Source: Trichormus sp. ATA11-4-KO1
Lineage (GTDB): Bacteria > Cyanobacteriota > Cyanobacteriia > Cyanobacteriales > Nostocaceae
Assembly: GCA_019358915.1 (NCBI GenBank)
Contig: JAHHIM010000073.1
Span: forward strand, 128,001-192,000
Length of the DNA: 64,000 nt
Reading direction: 5' to 3'
Shown: positions 20,411-30,241 of the stretch, piece after piece
How positions within the stretch are numbered: position 1 is the stretch's first letter
How the letters are laid out: the number at the start of each line of letters is the position of its first letter
Translations under genes and position numbers: made by a program
Notes under the pieces: generated by a model
What the model was told of the DNA's origin: nothing
The model's input: the letters and a program-made list of their open reading frames with translations, nothing else
Database searches by the model: none

Positions 20411-21403
20411 GTGTCTACTCCAGCTGCACACGGAAACTTCATTCCTGTTGATTTATCGCCAAAAAAGTACTCAAAAGATCAAGATGTACTGAGTTTAGCT
20501 GAGATTGCTCCTACAGGTAAAATTTGGGACAAACACCGAGCCAATGTTGAGCAAATTGCTTACTATTACGCTACATCTGGGGAGGATAACTTTTTAGAGT
20601 ATGCTTGGCGGATGAGAATGTGTTCCGAGTTGCTGGAATTTCGCTTAGTCCCTGAAGAAACAGAAGGTATTTTCGAGTTAAAACTGTCAAATGCGCGATT
20701 CTGTAGAGTGCGCCATTGTCCGGTTTGTCAGTGGAGGAGAGCGCTCATGTGGAAAGCTAGAGCCTATAAAACTATCCCACAGGTTGTTGCAGATTACCCC
20801 AAGTATCGTTGGCTATTTATCACCCTCACCGTTAAGAATTGTCAAATTAAGCAACTCAGGGAAAGCTTGGATGAGATAAACAAAGCTTTTAAGCGATTGA
20901 CTGAATTAAAAGCCTGGCCTGCAAAGGGATGGATTAAATCGATAGAAGTGACTAAGGGTAAAGACGGAATATCAGCGCACCCTCATCTGCATATTTTGGC
21001 TATGGTACAGCCTTCGTATTTCAGTCATGGCTATATTTCTCATGCTAAGTGGGTGACGTTGTGGCAAAAGTGCTTACGCATAGATTATCAGCCTGTTCTT
21101 CATGTTAGCGCGATCGCCAAGCATCACGACCCCAAGCAGCTAATCCCGGAAATCCTCAAGTATCAGGTGAAAGAGTCAGATTTAGTATCAGGTAAAGAAT
21201 GGTTTCTAGAGTTAACCCGTCAGATGCATCAAACTAGAGCGATCGCTGTTGGAGGTATACTCAGACACTATATGCAAGAATTGGAGGAGGAAGACCAAGA
21301 CCTCGTTGGCGACAAAGAAAAGATAGATGAGGTTGATAAGCGAAGCTTATTTGTCAAATGGGAACGAAAGTTACAGAGATTTAAAATAATGAGTGATACC
21401 TAA
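20411..21403 (+). CDS. rep: Rolling-circle replication initiator, Rep_1 (pC194/pUB110-like HUH endonuclease)
   Basis: Cys cluster FCRVRHCPVCQWRR; motif I FITLTVKN; HUH motif HPHLH; catalytic Tyr in ILKYQVK; uninterrupted 330 aa. Confidence 0.92.
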   Translation: MSTPAAHGNFIPVDLSPKKYSKDQDVLSLAEIAPTGKIWDKHRANVEQIAYYYATSGEDNFLEYAWRMRMCSELLEFRLVPEETEGIFELKLSNARFCRVRHCPVCQWRRALMWKARAYKTIPQVVADYPKYRWLFITLTVKNCQIKQLRESLDEINKAFKRLTELKAWPAKGWIKSIEVTKGKDGISAHPHLHILAMVQPSYFSHGYISHAKWVTLWQKCLRIDYQPVLHVSAIAKHHDPKQLIPEILKYQVKESDLVSGKEWFLELTRQMHQTRAIAVGGILRHYMQELEEEDQDLVGDKEKIDEVDKRSLFVKWERKLQRFKIMSDT

Positions 21404-21476
21404 GACAAGTAGTAAGAGACCAAATCAAGTAATACCAATGCTCTAAATGCATTCAAGAATGTAGAAGCATAGGTAT

Positions 21477-21662
21477 TTATTTCTTAGTGTTTTGATCATT
21501 TTGTCGAGCAGAAGTAACCCAACCGACATAACCACCAAGACTCAGTTTCACAATGTCAGCAAATACTGAACGGTAATCTTTATCGATGTAAGCTAGTCCT
21601 AAAGAACCGCCAATCAGCAAGACAACGATAATAACAAAAGTCAATTCTTTGATTTTTTGCAT
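21477..21662 (-). CDS. Small membrane protein
   Basis: 61 aa, strongly hydrophobic N-terminal helix, convergent on rep. Confidence 0.6.
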   Translation of the reverse strand: MQKIKELTFVIIVVLLIGGSLGLAYIDKDYRSVFADIVKLSLGGYVGWVTSARQNDQNTKK

Positions 21663-21697
21663 GAGAGTAAATAACCATTATGTAACTTCATTCCACA

Positions 21698-21835
21698 CGG
21701 CATAGCCGTTTATTACATGCGACTCAACGAGTGGATAAATCAATTGATTCACTAAAACCTGGCGTAGCCATTCAGATACATGCCACTCAGCGAGTAGACA
21801 AATCAATTGATTCATTACTATTTAGGCGTTAGCCT
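21698..21835. repeat. Tandem ~62-bp imperfect direct repeat (2 copies plus start of a third) built of mini-hairpins
   Basis: 21699-21760 and 21761-21824 share GGCrTAGCC, TACATGC, ACTCArCGAGT and AAATCAATTGATTCA; GGCGTTAGCC at 21825. Confidence 0.85.
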
Positions 21836-21857
21836 CAAAGCCTTTTTAGTAAACAAG

Positions 21858-21894
21858 AAATCCCAAGCAAACAGTAATTAGTTACTTGGGATTT
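21858..21894 (-). terminator. Hairpin downstream of the kdp operon
   Basis: AAATCCCAAG...CTTGGGATTT 10-bp stem. Confidence 0.5.
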
Positions 21895-21973
21895 ATGAAT
21901 TACCTTCACTCGAAAGCGAGAAACAGCTTCTATGAAGAATTTATGGATTACATAAGCAATAAAATAATTGTAA

Positions 21974-23095
21974 TTATTTCTTAGTAGAAATGATGTGTAA
22001 ATCTATATTTTTATCTCTAATTAAATCTATGAGTTGTTGAGTAAAAGACCTTTTAAAAAATCTTTTCCATTGCGGCTGCTGGCTTTCACCAATAATAATT
22101 TGAGTGATGTGATAGTCTGCGGCAACTTGAGCAATTTCTTTGGCAATATTTTGGCTTTTGACGTGTAAAAATTCTCCACCAAACTCCTGACATAACTTTT
22201 TGCATGTATCGATATGTAAACTTTCTTCTTTAGTGAGGAATCGTTCAGGATTAGCAACAAAGACAGCATACAGTTGTGCATTCATATAATTGGCAATACG
22301 TGCGCCTCGACGTAACAGTTGCACAGAATCAGGATAAGTAGATACACATACTAAAACTCGTTCGTGAATATTACAATGTTGTCCGACAAAGTTAGAAGTG
22401 TTTGCTTCTTCCTCAACTGTATCTGCTACTTCTCTTAATGCTAGTTCCCTTAAAGCTATGAGATTACGATGCTGAAAGAAGTTTTTCAGGGATTGCTCAA
22501 TTTTCTCAGGGGCGTAAATTTTGCCTTCTCGCAAGCGTTCTTCTAAAGTTTCTGGCGTAACATCAATGACAACAACAGCATCAGCTTCATCTAGTAGATA
22601 ATCAGGAATCCGCTCTCGCACCACGACACCTGTAATTCTGGCTACTAGGTCATTCAAGCTTTCCAAATGTTGAATATTCACAGTGGAATAAACATCAATT
22701 CCGGCTGCTAAAATTACTTCTACGTCCTGATAGCGTTTTTGTCGTTGGGAACCAGGAATGTTGGTATGAGCAAGTTCATCTACTAAAACCAGTTGGGGAG
22801 AGCGCTGCAAAACTGCATCTGTGTCCATTTCTGGAAGATTAATATTTTGGTGAATAAAGGCTTTGCGGGGAACTACCTCTAGTCCAGCAGCTTTCATGGC
22901 TGTTTCTTGGCGTCCATGAGTTTCTAACATACCGATAACCACATCAATTCCGTCTTCTTTAAGTTGATGTGCTTCTTCTAACATTTTGTAAGTTTTACCG
23001 ACTCCGGGAGCCATACCAATAAAAATTTTATGTTTCCCGCGTCTGTGAGGACGAATATAAGAACTATTGGGTAAGGTGTTGTGGGAATGAATCAT
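21974..23095 (-). CDS. kdpD: Truncated KdpD (KdpD N-domain plus USP domain; no kinase)
   Basis: GMAPGVGKT Walker A, VDELAHTN, LRELALR, C-terminal USP; no TM or HisKA. Confidence 0.92.
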   Translation of the reverse strand: MIHSHNTLPNSSYIRPHRRGKHKIFIGMAPGVGKTYKMLEEAHQLKEDGIDVVIGMLETHGRQETAMKAAGLEVVPRKAFIHQNINLPEMDTDAVLQRSPQLVLVDELAHTNIPGSQRQKRYQDVEVILAAGIDVYSTVNIQHLESLNDLVARITGVVVRERIPDYLLDEADAVVVIDVTPETLEERLREGKIYAPEKIEQSLKNFFQHRNLIALRELALREVADTVEEEANTSNFVGQHCNIHERVLVCVSTYPDSVQLLRRGARIANYMNAQLYAVFVANPERFLTKEESLHIDTCKKLCQEFGGEFLHVKSQNIAKEIAQVAADYHITQIIIGESQQPQWKRFFKRSFTQQLIDLIRDKNIDLHIISTKK

Positions 23096-23661
23096 AAAGC
23101 GTCCAAAGCCAAATTTAGCTTGAGAACATTAACTCCAGGTTCACCGAATATACCCAGAAATCGGCCTTCGATGTTTTGAGATATCAGAGTTTGAATTTGT
23201 TGAGTATTTAGATTGCGGACGTTAGCAATTCGCGATATTTGAGCTTGAGCAGACTCAAGGCTAATGTGTGGATCTAAACCAGAGCCAGAGGTATACACTA
23301 AGTCAGCAGTTGGCTGAATATTGGCTTGTTGCAACCTTGTAACTTCCCCTTGAATACGTTCGCGAAGTGCGGGGTTACTAGGTGCTAGGTTGCTGGCTCC
23401 TGACTCACCTGTGGTAGCGACTGCTTTCCTGGTACTGTAATCAATAGTACTAGGGCGACTCCAGAAATAGCGATCGCTAGCAAAGGGTTGACCAATTAAG
23501 GCTGAACCAATGACTGTGCCTTGATTGTTGGTGATTAAGCTCCCGTTGGCATGAAAGGGAAATGCTATCTGTCCACAAATAAGCATGAATAATGGATAAA
23601 GAAAGGCTGTTAGTATCCACAAAGCTAAGGTGGAACGAATTGCTTGAGTAAATTGGCTCAT
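23092..23661 (-). CDS. kdpC: K+-transporting ATPase subunit C
   Basis: GSALIGQ.F...YFWSRPS, SGASNL, SGSGLDPHIS, VNVLKLNLALD. Confidence 0.95.
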   Translation of the reverse strand: MSQFTQAIRSTLALWILTAFLYPLFMLICGQIAFPFHANGSLITNNQGTVIGSALIGQPFASDRYFWSRPSTIDYSTRKAVATTGESGASNLAPSNPALRERIQGEVTRLQQANIQPTADLVYTSGSGLDPHISLESAQAQISRIANVRNLNTQQIQTLISQNIEGRFLGIFGEPGVNVLKLNLALDAL

Positions 23662-23849
23662 GAAAATTTCTCCGGTTGAAAAATCACAACAAATAAATAA
23701 ATGCTGACGCTGAAAGTTGTGAGTCCTAAAAGAGCAATGGCGTAAGATGCAGCGCGTGATATTTCGTCAGGTGTGGCTGCGTATACGGCTTGTGCTAACA
23801 ACACGTTTACGCAAAGTATGAAAAAGAGAAATAGAGATAAATTTTTCAT
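23658..23849 (-). CDS. Small hydrophobic Kdp subunit (KdpF/KdpG type)
   Basis: Two TM segments ending IYLFVVIFQPEKF; located between kdpB and kdpC. Confidence 0.8.
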   Translation of the reverse strand: MKNLSLFLFFILCVNVLLAQAVYAATPDEISRAASYAIALLGLTTFSVSIYLFVVIFQPEKFS

Positions 23850-23881
23850 GATGGAAATGCAAAGGGGCGCAAAGTATTTGA

Positions 23882-25951
23882 CTAAGCTAGCCCTATAGTT
23901 GTAATTAAAACGTCAATGATTTTAATGGCAATAAAAGGAGTAATTACACCTCCAAATCCATAGATAAAAATGTTGCGTTGTAGGAGTTGGTCTGCGGTTA
24001 GTGGACGAAATTTTACACCAGTTAGTGCTAGGGGAATGAGTGCAGGAATGATTAAGGCGTTGTAAATTAAGGCTGATAAAACGGCAGATTGGATACTAGT
24101 TAAACCCATAATATTCAGAGCGCCAACACCAATTCCGGCGAAGATAGCTGGGAGAATGGCAAAGTATTTAGCGATGTCGTTGGCAATAGAAAAAGTTGTC
24201 AGTGCACCACGGGTAATTAGTAATTGCTTACCAATGGTAACGATATCAATTAACTTGGTGGGGTCGGAATCTAGGTCTACCATGTTAGCAGCTTCTTTGG
24301 CTGCTTGAGTACCTGTATTCATTGCCACACCTACATTTGCTTGAGCTAAGGCTGGGGCATCGTTGGTGCCATCTCCTGTCATGGCGACGAGCTTGCCTTG
24401 GGCTTGTTCAGTTTGAATGACTGCTATTTTGTCTTCAGGTGTGGCCTCAGCAATAAAGTCATCAACTCCGGCTTCTTGGGCAATTACAGATGCTGTAATA
24501 CGGTTATCTCCTGTCAGCATGATGGTTTTAATTCCCATGCGTCGCATTTGGTCAAACCGTTCGCGAATTCCTGGTTTAATGATGTCTTTAAGATAAATTA
24601 CAGCGTATATCTCATTGTTTTTACAGAGTGCTAATGGAGTACCACCTAATCGAGAAATTCGTTCAAAAGTGATATCAAGTTCCGGCGTTAATTTTCCTTG
24701 GCGAGAACGGACAAATCCTTTAATGGCATCTACTGCACCTTTACGAATTTCCACCCCATTAGATAAGTCAGTCCCACTCATCCGAGTTTTGGCAGAAAAT
24801 TCAATACCTTCTGCTTGTTTAGTATCAAAATCTAATTTTGCGCCTAATTGCTCTGCGAGCTTGACAATTGATTTGCCTTCTGGTGTTTCGTCAAACACAC
24901 TCGATGCTAGGGCAACTTGCGCGACATCTGCCATTGCATGACCGTTGACGGGAATAAATTCTTCTGCCAAGCGGTTTCCTAAGGTAATCGTACCTGTTTT
25001 ATCTAAGATGAGGGTGTTGATATCCCCACAAGCTTCCACCGCCCGTCCAGAAGTAGCAATGACATTAAACTGAGCAACTCTATCCATCCCGGCAATGCCA
25101 ATAGCGCTTAATAATCCGCCGATGGTGGTGGGAATTAGTGCTACGAGTAAGGCGATGAGTACGGTGATACTGAGAGGTGAGTTGACATAGACTGACACTG
25201 TAGGTAGTGTGGCAATCACAACCAAAAATACCTGGGTGAGAACTGCCAGCAAAACTGTCAAGGCAATTTCATTGGGTGTTTTGCTGCGGTCAGCGCCTTC
25301 TACTAAACCAATCATCCGGTCAAGAAAGCCTTGTCCAGGGTCGTTAGTTACTCGAATGATGAGTTCGTCGGAAACAATACGCGTTCCTCCGGTGACTGAA
25401 CTAGCAATATCTGAACCTGGTTCTTTTAAGACTGGTGCTGATTCACCTGTAATTGCCGATTCATCAACAGAGGCCACACCTTTAATTACTTCTCCATCAG
25501 CAGGGATGATATCACCAGCAGTTACTTTGATTGTGTCACCGCGACGTAAGGCTGTGGAACTTACTTCTTGAAAAGAACCATCGGGGAGAATTTTTTTGGC
25601 TTTGGCATCGGATTTTGCAGACCGCAAGGCATCTGCTTGAGCTTTTCCTCGTCCTTCGGCTACGGCTTCGGCAAAGTTGGCAAAGAGAACGGTTGAGAAC
25701 AAAATCAGGGTGATAAGTCCATTGAATAATCGCGGGTTTTCCCCTGGTGTGGGGCCGAATAAGTTTGGTGCAATTGTCATCAGTGCGGTGATGATTGTAC
25801 CTAACCAGACTACGAACATGACTGGATTTTTAATCATGTTACGTGGGTGTAGTTTGATAAATGCTTGTTTAAATGCTTTGGTGTAAAGTTGTGTTTTTTG
25901 GACTTGGGGTTTATGTTTGCGTTTTTTTCGCTGTTTTATGGTTGTTTGCAT
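23882..25951 (-). CDS. kdpB: K+-transporting ATPase subunit B
   Basis: [21 protein letters not shown]-type ATPase motifs. Confidence 0.97.
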   Translation of the reverse strand: MQTTIKQRKKRKHKPQVQKTQLYTKAFKQAFIKLHPRNMIKNPVMFVVWLGTIITALMTIAPNLFGPTPGENPRLFNGLITLILFSTVLFANFAEAVAEGRGKAQADALRSAKSDAKAKKILPDGSFQEVSSTALRRGDTIKVTAGDIIPADGEVIKGVASVDESAITGESAPVLKEPGSDIASSVTGGTRIVSDELIIRVTNDPGQGFLDRMIGLVEGADRSKTPNEIALTVLLAVLTQVFLVVIATLPTVSVYVNSPLSITVLIALLVALIPTTIGGLLSAIGIAGMDRVAQFNVIATSGRAVEACGDINTLILDKTGTITLGNRLAEEFIPVNGHAMADVAQVALASSVFDETPEGKSIVKLAEQLGAKLDFDTKQAEGIEFSAKTRMSGTDLSNGVEIRKGAVDAIKGFVRSRQGKLTPELDITFERISRLGGTPLALCKNNEIYAVIYLKDIIKPGIRERFDQMRRMGIKTIMLTGDNRITASVIAQEAGVDDFIAEATPEDKIAVIQTEQAQGKLVAMTGDGTNDAPALAQANVGVAMNTGTQAAKEAANMVDLDSDPTKLIDIVTIGKQLLITRGALTTFSIANDIAKYFAILPAIFAGIGVGALNIMGLTSIQSAVLSALIYNALIIPALIPLALTGVKFRPLTADQLLQRNIFIYGFGGVITPFIAIKIIDVLITTIGLA

Positions 25952-26024
25952 TTGTGGGTAAATGAATTAGATTTTTTGATCTCACGCAGAGACGCAGAGG
26001 CGCAAAGAAGAGAGGAATGAGGTT

Positions 26025-27710
26025 TTACCCTCCTCTGGCTAATTGAAATGCTTCTGCTATAGGGCCTAATACTAGTGCGGGGAGGAAAGTGAGGGCACCA
26101 AGGATTAAAATTACGCTGCTTGTAACTCCTGTGAAGAGTCTGGTGTCGGTTCTCAGGGTGCCGGTGGTGATGGGTACTGGTTGTTTGCGAGACATGCTAT
26201 CTGCTAAAAGTAGCAGTGCCATGATGGGGATGTAACGTCCTGCTAAAATGCTGAGACTGGTGCTGAGGTTCCACCACAGGGTGTTATCGTTTAGTCCTTC
26301 AAAACCCGAACCGTTGTTAGCTGCGGCGGAAGCGTATTCGTAAATTACTTGAGAAACGCCATGAAAACCTGGATTGGTAATACCTGAGAGGTTATCAGGA
26401 AAACCAAATGTAATCGCCCAGGGAATGAGAATGGCAAAGGGGTGAACTAATAAGACGACGCTGGCTAAAACGATTTCTTTTTTCTCGATTTTGCGTCCTA
26501 AAAATTCTGGTGTTCTTCCTACCATTAACCCAGTCAGGAATACTGCCAAAATTAAGTAGATAAATAAGTAAGCGGTGCCGATTCCCTGACCTCCCCAAAT
26601 GATTTGTAAGAACATATTAAACAGCGTGGCAAATCCGCCAGGAGGCATTAAGGAATCATGCATTCCATTGACAGCACCGCACATTGTCGCTGTGGTCATA
26701 ACTGCCCAAAGTGCTGTTTGTGCCCAACCAAATCGCACTTCTTTTCCTTCTAAGTTGGGTTGCTGTTCTCCTAAGAGGGGATTAATTAAGGGGTTGCCTT
26801 GAAACTCGCCTACGGCGGCAATACCTACCAAAAAGACAAAAATTAAAAACACCATCCAAAACACTAACCATGCTTGCTTACGGTTATTAGTAAACACACC
26901 ATAGGTATAAATTAGTGATGCGGGGATGGCAATCATCATGCAAGTTTCTAACAAGTTAGAAAAGCCATTGGGATTTTCCAAGGGATGCGCTGAGTTGACA
27001 CCAAAGAAGCCACCACCGTTTTCTCCCAGTTCTTTGATAATTTCGTAGTGGGCGACTGGGCCACGGGCAATTACTTGAGTTGCCCCCTCAAGAGTGGTTA
27101 CTGTTGCTGGCCCTGCTAAGGTTTCTGGTACACCCGCTAATAGTAATAACAATCCGCCAACTATTGATATCGGCAATAAAATCCGGGTGATTGACTTGAT
27201 GAGGTCAGTGTAAAAGTTGCCTAATAGTCTGCCGGTTACACCACGAATAAAAGCTATGCCTACTGCTAAACCAGTTGCGGCTGAGGTAAACATTAAAAAA
27301 CCCAGGGCGAAGATTTTACTGGCATAACTCAAGGTTATTTCACCAGAGTAATGCTGTTGGTTGGTGTTAGTGACAAAAGAAATAACAGTATGCAGTCCTA
27401 AATCCCAATTAGGCGCATCCAATCCTGTGGGATTTAGTGGCAACCATCCTTGGAACATCAAGATTAAGTACACCAAAATTCCCATGATAAGATTGCTATA
27501 TAGCAATGCTTTGGCATATTGCCAGCCTGTCATATTTTCCTGGTATTGCACCCCACTAAAGATATAAATTACTCTTTCTAAAGGATTAAGTAGCGGATCA
27601 AATAGTGTTGGTTCTCCCATGAAAACACGTGCTATATATTTCCCTAGGAAGGGAGTTGTGGCGATGACTATCAGTAAAGTCAAAGCAATCTGTATCCATC
27701 CTTGTAACAT
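26025..27710 (-). CDS. kdpA: K+-transporting ATPase subunit A
   Basis: [33 protein letters not shown]. Confidence 0.97.
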   Translation of the reverse strand: MLQGWIQIALTLLIVIATTPFLGKYIARVFMGEPTLFDPLLNPLERVIYIFSGVQYQENMTGWQYAKALLYSNLIMGILVYLILMFQGWLPLNPTGLDAPNWDLGLHTVISFVTNTNQQHYSGEITLSYASKIFALGFLMFTSAATGLAVGIAFIRGVTGRLLGNFYTDLIKSITRILLPISIVGGLLLLLAGVPETLAGPATVTTLEGATQVIARGPVAHYEIIKELGENGGGFFGVNSAHPLENPNGFSNLLETCMMIAIPASLIYTYGVFTNNRKQAWLVFWMVFLIFVFLVGIAAVGEFQGNPLINPLLGEQQPNLEGKEVRFGWAQTALWAVMTTATMCGAVNGMHDSLMPPGGFATLFNMFLQIIWGGQGIGTAYLFIYLILAVFLTGLMVGRTPEFLGRKIEKKEIVLASVVLLVHPFAILIPWAITFGFPDNLSGITNPGFHGVSQVIYEYASAAANNGSGFEGLNDNTLWWNLSTSLSILAGRYIPIMALLLLADSMSRKQPVPITTGTLRTDTRLFTGVTSSVILILGALTFLPALVLGPIAEAFQLARGG

Positions 27711-27733
27711 GAATTAAAAAATCTCCCGACAGA

Positions 27734-28012
27734 TTATTTTGAATTGTTAATTAAACATTCTTGGGATGAGTAGTGAACCGGATGAGTTTTATGAATGACA
27801 AGTTTTAGCATAGGTACTAAACTGGCACTTAAAGCAACAGTCAAGATGACATCTCCATACCAAATAGTAGGTTCAGTACTTGCTAGGATAACTTGGTTAT
27901 CTCTAATCAGACCTATGACAAAGCATTTTTCTGGCAACTTTAAGCTATTTAAAGGAATGCCACAATAACAGCTATTACTTGTAATGTTTGCACTTATTAA
28001 ACTTGATGCCAT
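27734..28012 (-). CDS. Stand-alone TrkA-C (RCK_C) domain protein
   Basis: G..L..LKLPE...VIGLIRD......PTI..GD pattern; 23 bp upstream of kdpA. Confidence 0.7.
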   Translation of the reverse strand: MASSLISANITSNSCYCGIPLNSLKLPEKCFVIGLIRDNQVILASTEPTIWYGDVILTVALSASLVPMLKLVIHKTHPVHYSSQECLINNSK

Positions 28013-28328
28013 AGCAGCATTTATGTAATTTATAAAAAAAACAAAATTTGTTTGATAAACTGTAATAATTCATATGATTGATGAATTTTTTAATTAAAAC
28101 AAGTAATAGAAGGATATAAAACCGAGTTTATTTTTCTATATCCATATATAGAAAAGTGTTTAGAGTGTTTAGAAAGTTGTTTATTTTGAGATAAACGCTG
28201 TAAAGAATTACATGCAGACAAAAAACAACATAAAATAATTTATATGGGTTTCTTGTATTTTTTCGAGTAATTTAGCACTCAATATAAAATAAAAACTGGA
28301 TATTTAGTTAATAATAGTTATTCTTTGA

Positions 28329-29432
28329 ATGGGACATTTCATAGCTCAATATTTTCATAAAGAATCACATTTAGGCAAACATTTAATTATTGCTAGCTTA
28401 TATATATTTGTGATAGTTCTAGAGTTTTCTACGCCAATTCCCTACGTTTTTGGGTATCTCTACACAGGCCCGATTTTATTAACAAATTCCTGGTTGGGAA
28501 GGCGTGCGACTTTTCAAGCTACCCTTGCGGCTGTGTGTTTAACTATGTTGAATCTTGTCGTCCCAGGAGGTGAGGTGATGAAGACCTCGACAATTGCTAG
28601 TAGAGCGATCGCGGTGATGGCATTGATTGTCACAGGTGGATTGAGCGATCGCCTGCGTCGTTCTGAAGATGCGATCGCCTTAACTCGTGCCAAGTTAGAA
28701 GCACAAGAGGAATTAGTCAAAGTCCGAGAAGATTTTGCCTCCACACTCACCCACGATTTGAAAACGCCGTTATTAGGAGCAATTGAAACTCTCAAAGCTT
28801 TTGAAGCCGAAAAATTTGGCCCTGTATTGCCAGCACAACAAAAAGTTTTAGCTACAATGGCGCGTAGTCATCAAACTTCACTACAATTGTTACAAACATT
28901 ATTAGATATTTATCGTAATGATACTGAAGGCTTAGAACTGAACTTAGCACCTGTAGATTTAGCTATCTTGGCAGAGGAAGCAGCAGCTACCCTGAGTGAG
29001 TTAGCGGCTAGCCGACGCGTTTATCTGTCACTTAACTATGGTAACTCTGATTGGCGGCAATCTTTGTGGGTGAAAGGTGATGCCTTACAACTGCAACGAG
29101 TCTTGATCAATCTTCTCGTAAATGCGATCAATCATTCCCGACGCAATGGCCGTGTAGAAGTTGTGTTAGAGTCGCAACCTTCCTATCAGGTTGTGAAAAT
29201 TTTGGATGCAGGTGCAGGTATCCAGCCAGAAGAATTTTCCCATTTATTTGAGCGCTTCTATCAGGGACACAGCCAACGCCAAACCAAAGGCTCAGGATTG
29301 GGACTTTATTTATCTCGCCAAATTATTGCAGCCCACGGCGGTATAATCTGGGCAGAGAACAGAATACCCATGGGAGCTATGTTTGCTTTCAAGCTCCCAG
29401 TCTACCCGTTTCATTCCTCTCTAACTGCGTGA
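28329..29432 (+). CDS. Membrane sensor histidine kinase
   Basis: N-terminal TMs, H-box LTHDLKTPL, N-box NLLVNA, DAGAGI, GSGLGL. Confidence 0.93.
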   Translation: MGHFIAQYFHKESHLGKHLIIASLYIFVIVLEFSTPIPYVFGYLYTGPILLTNSWLGRRATFQATLAAVCLTMLNLVVPGGEVMKTSTIASRAIAVMALIVTGGLSDRLRRSEDAIALTRAKLEAQEELVKVREDFASTLTHDLKTPLLGAIETLKAFEAEKFGPVLPAQQKVLATMARSHQTSLQLLQTLLDIYRNDTEGLELNLAPVDLAILAEEAAATLSELAASRRVYLSLNYGNSDWRQSLWVKGDALQLQRVLINLLVNAINHSRRNGRVEVVLESQPSYQVVKILDAGAGIQPEEFSHLFERFYQGHSQRQTKGSGLGLYLSRQIIAAHGGIIWAENRIPMGAMFAFKLPVYPFHSSLTA

Positions 29433-29433
29433 G

Positions 29434-30087
29434 ATGCTGTCTACCTCTATGAAAATTCTCTTAGTTGAGGATGATGAACTCTTTCGTTTAGGCTTGCGTG
29501 TGCGATTGCAAGAAGAGAGTGGGTTAGAGATTGTTGCTGAGGCTGAAGATGGTGAAACAGCGATTGAGTTAGTCAACCAACATCCCTTAGATGTAGTGCT
29601 GCTAGATGTGGGATTGCCAGGGATTGGCGGACTGGAAGCTTGTAAACAAATTAAGCAACAAAATCCTCATTTGCCAATTTTAGTTTTAACTTCCCACTCC
29701 CAAAAAACTTTGATTGCGCGGTTGATTGCAGCAGGCGCGCAAGGTTATTGCCTCAAAGGAATTGCTGCGGAAAAATTAGTATTAGCACTGCGTTCTGTGG
29801 CTGCGGGAGCATCTTGGTGGGATGAAACAGCAACACAAGAAATTCGGTCTACTTTTGCCTCTGAGCCGCATTCAGCAAATATCTCCAAACCTGCAAATCC
29901 TCTGACTCAGCGTGAACAAGAAATTTTATCGCTGTTAGCAGCCGGAAAAACTAATCAAGAAATTGCCCTAGCACTTTACATTACCCCTGGTACTGTGAGG
30001 GTGCATGTCCATGCCATTTTACACAAATTAGCAGTGAGCGATCGCGCTCAGGCTGTGGTTGTGGCTTTACAAAAACGTCTGATCTGA
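29434..30087 (+). CDS. NarL/LuxR-family response regulator
   Basis: REC (VEDD, LLD) plus LuxR HTH LTQREQEIL...GKTNQEIA. Confidence 0.93.
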   Translation: MLSTSMKILLVEDDELFRLGLRVRLQEESGLEIVAEAEDGETAIELVNQHPLDVVLLDVGLPGIGGLEACKQIKQQNPHLPILVLTSHSQKTLIARLIAAGAQGYCLKGIAAEKLVLALRSVAAGASWWDETATQEIRSTFASEPHSANISKPANPLTQREQEILSLLAAGKTNQEIALALYITPGTVRVHVHAILHKLAVSDRAQAVVVALQKRLI

Positions 30088-30241
30088 TTTGCGTTTATGC
30101 AGTCGCCTGGGTGGAGTTAACCCGGACGCAGCACTATTTCACCTTGTCCCCTTAACATTTTCCACTTCCCCATTTTTTGGCATAAATTTAGTAAATGCGG
30201 GTGATATGTGTACAGCAGCATTGATTAATGGGGATTGAATT

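Noticed and set aside
21698..21835. Possible CRISPR mini-array
   Set aside because: Whole units are similar along their length, with no unique spacers, and there are no cas genes in the window.
28013..28073. Possible slippage in a T8 tract extending the TrkA-C gene by ~20 codons
   Set aside because: Homopolymers are common in this AT-rich DNA; cannot be supported without ortholog alignment.
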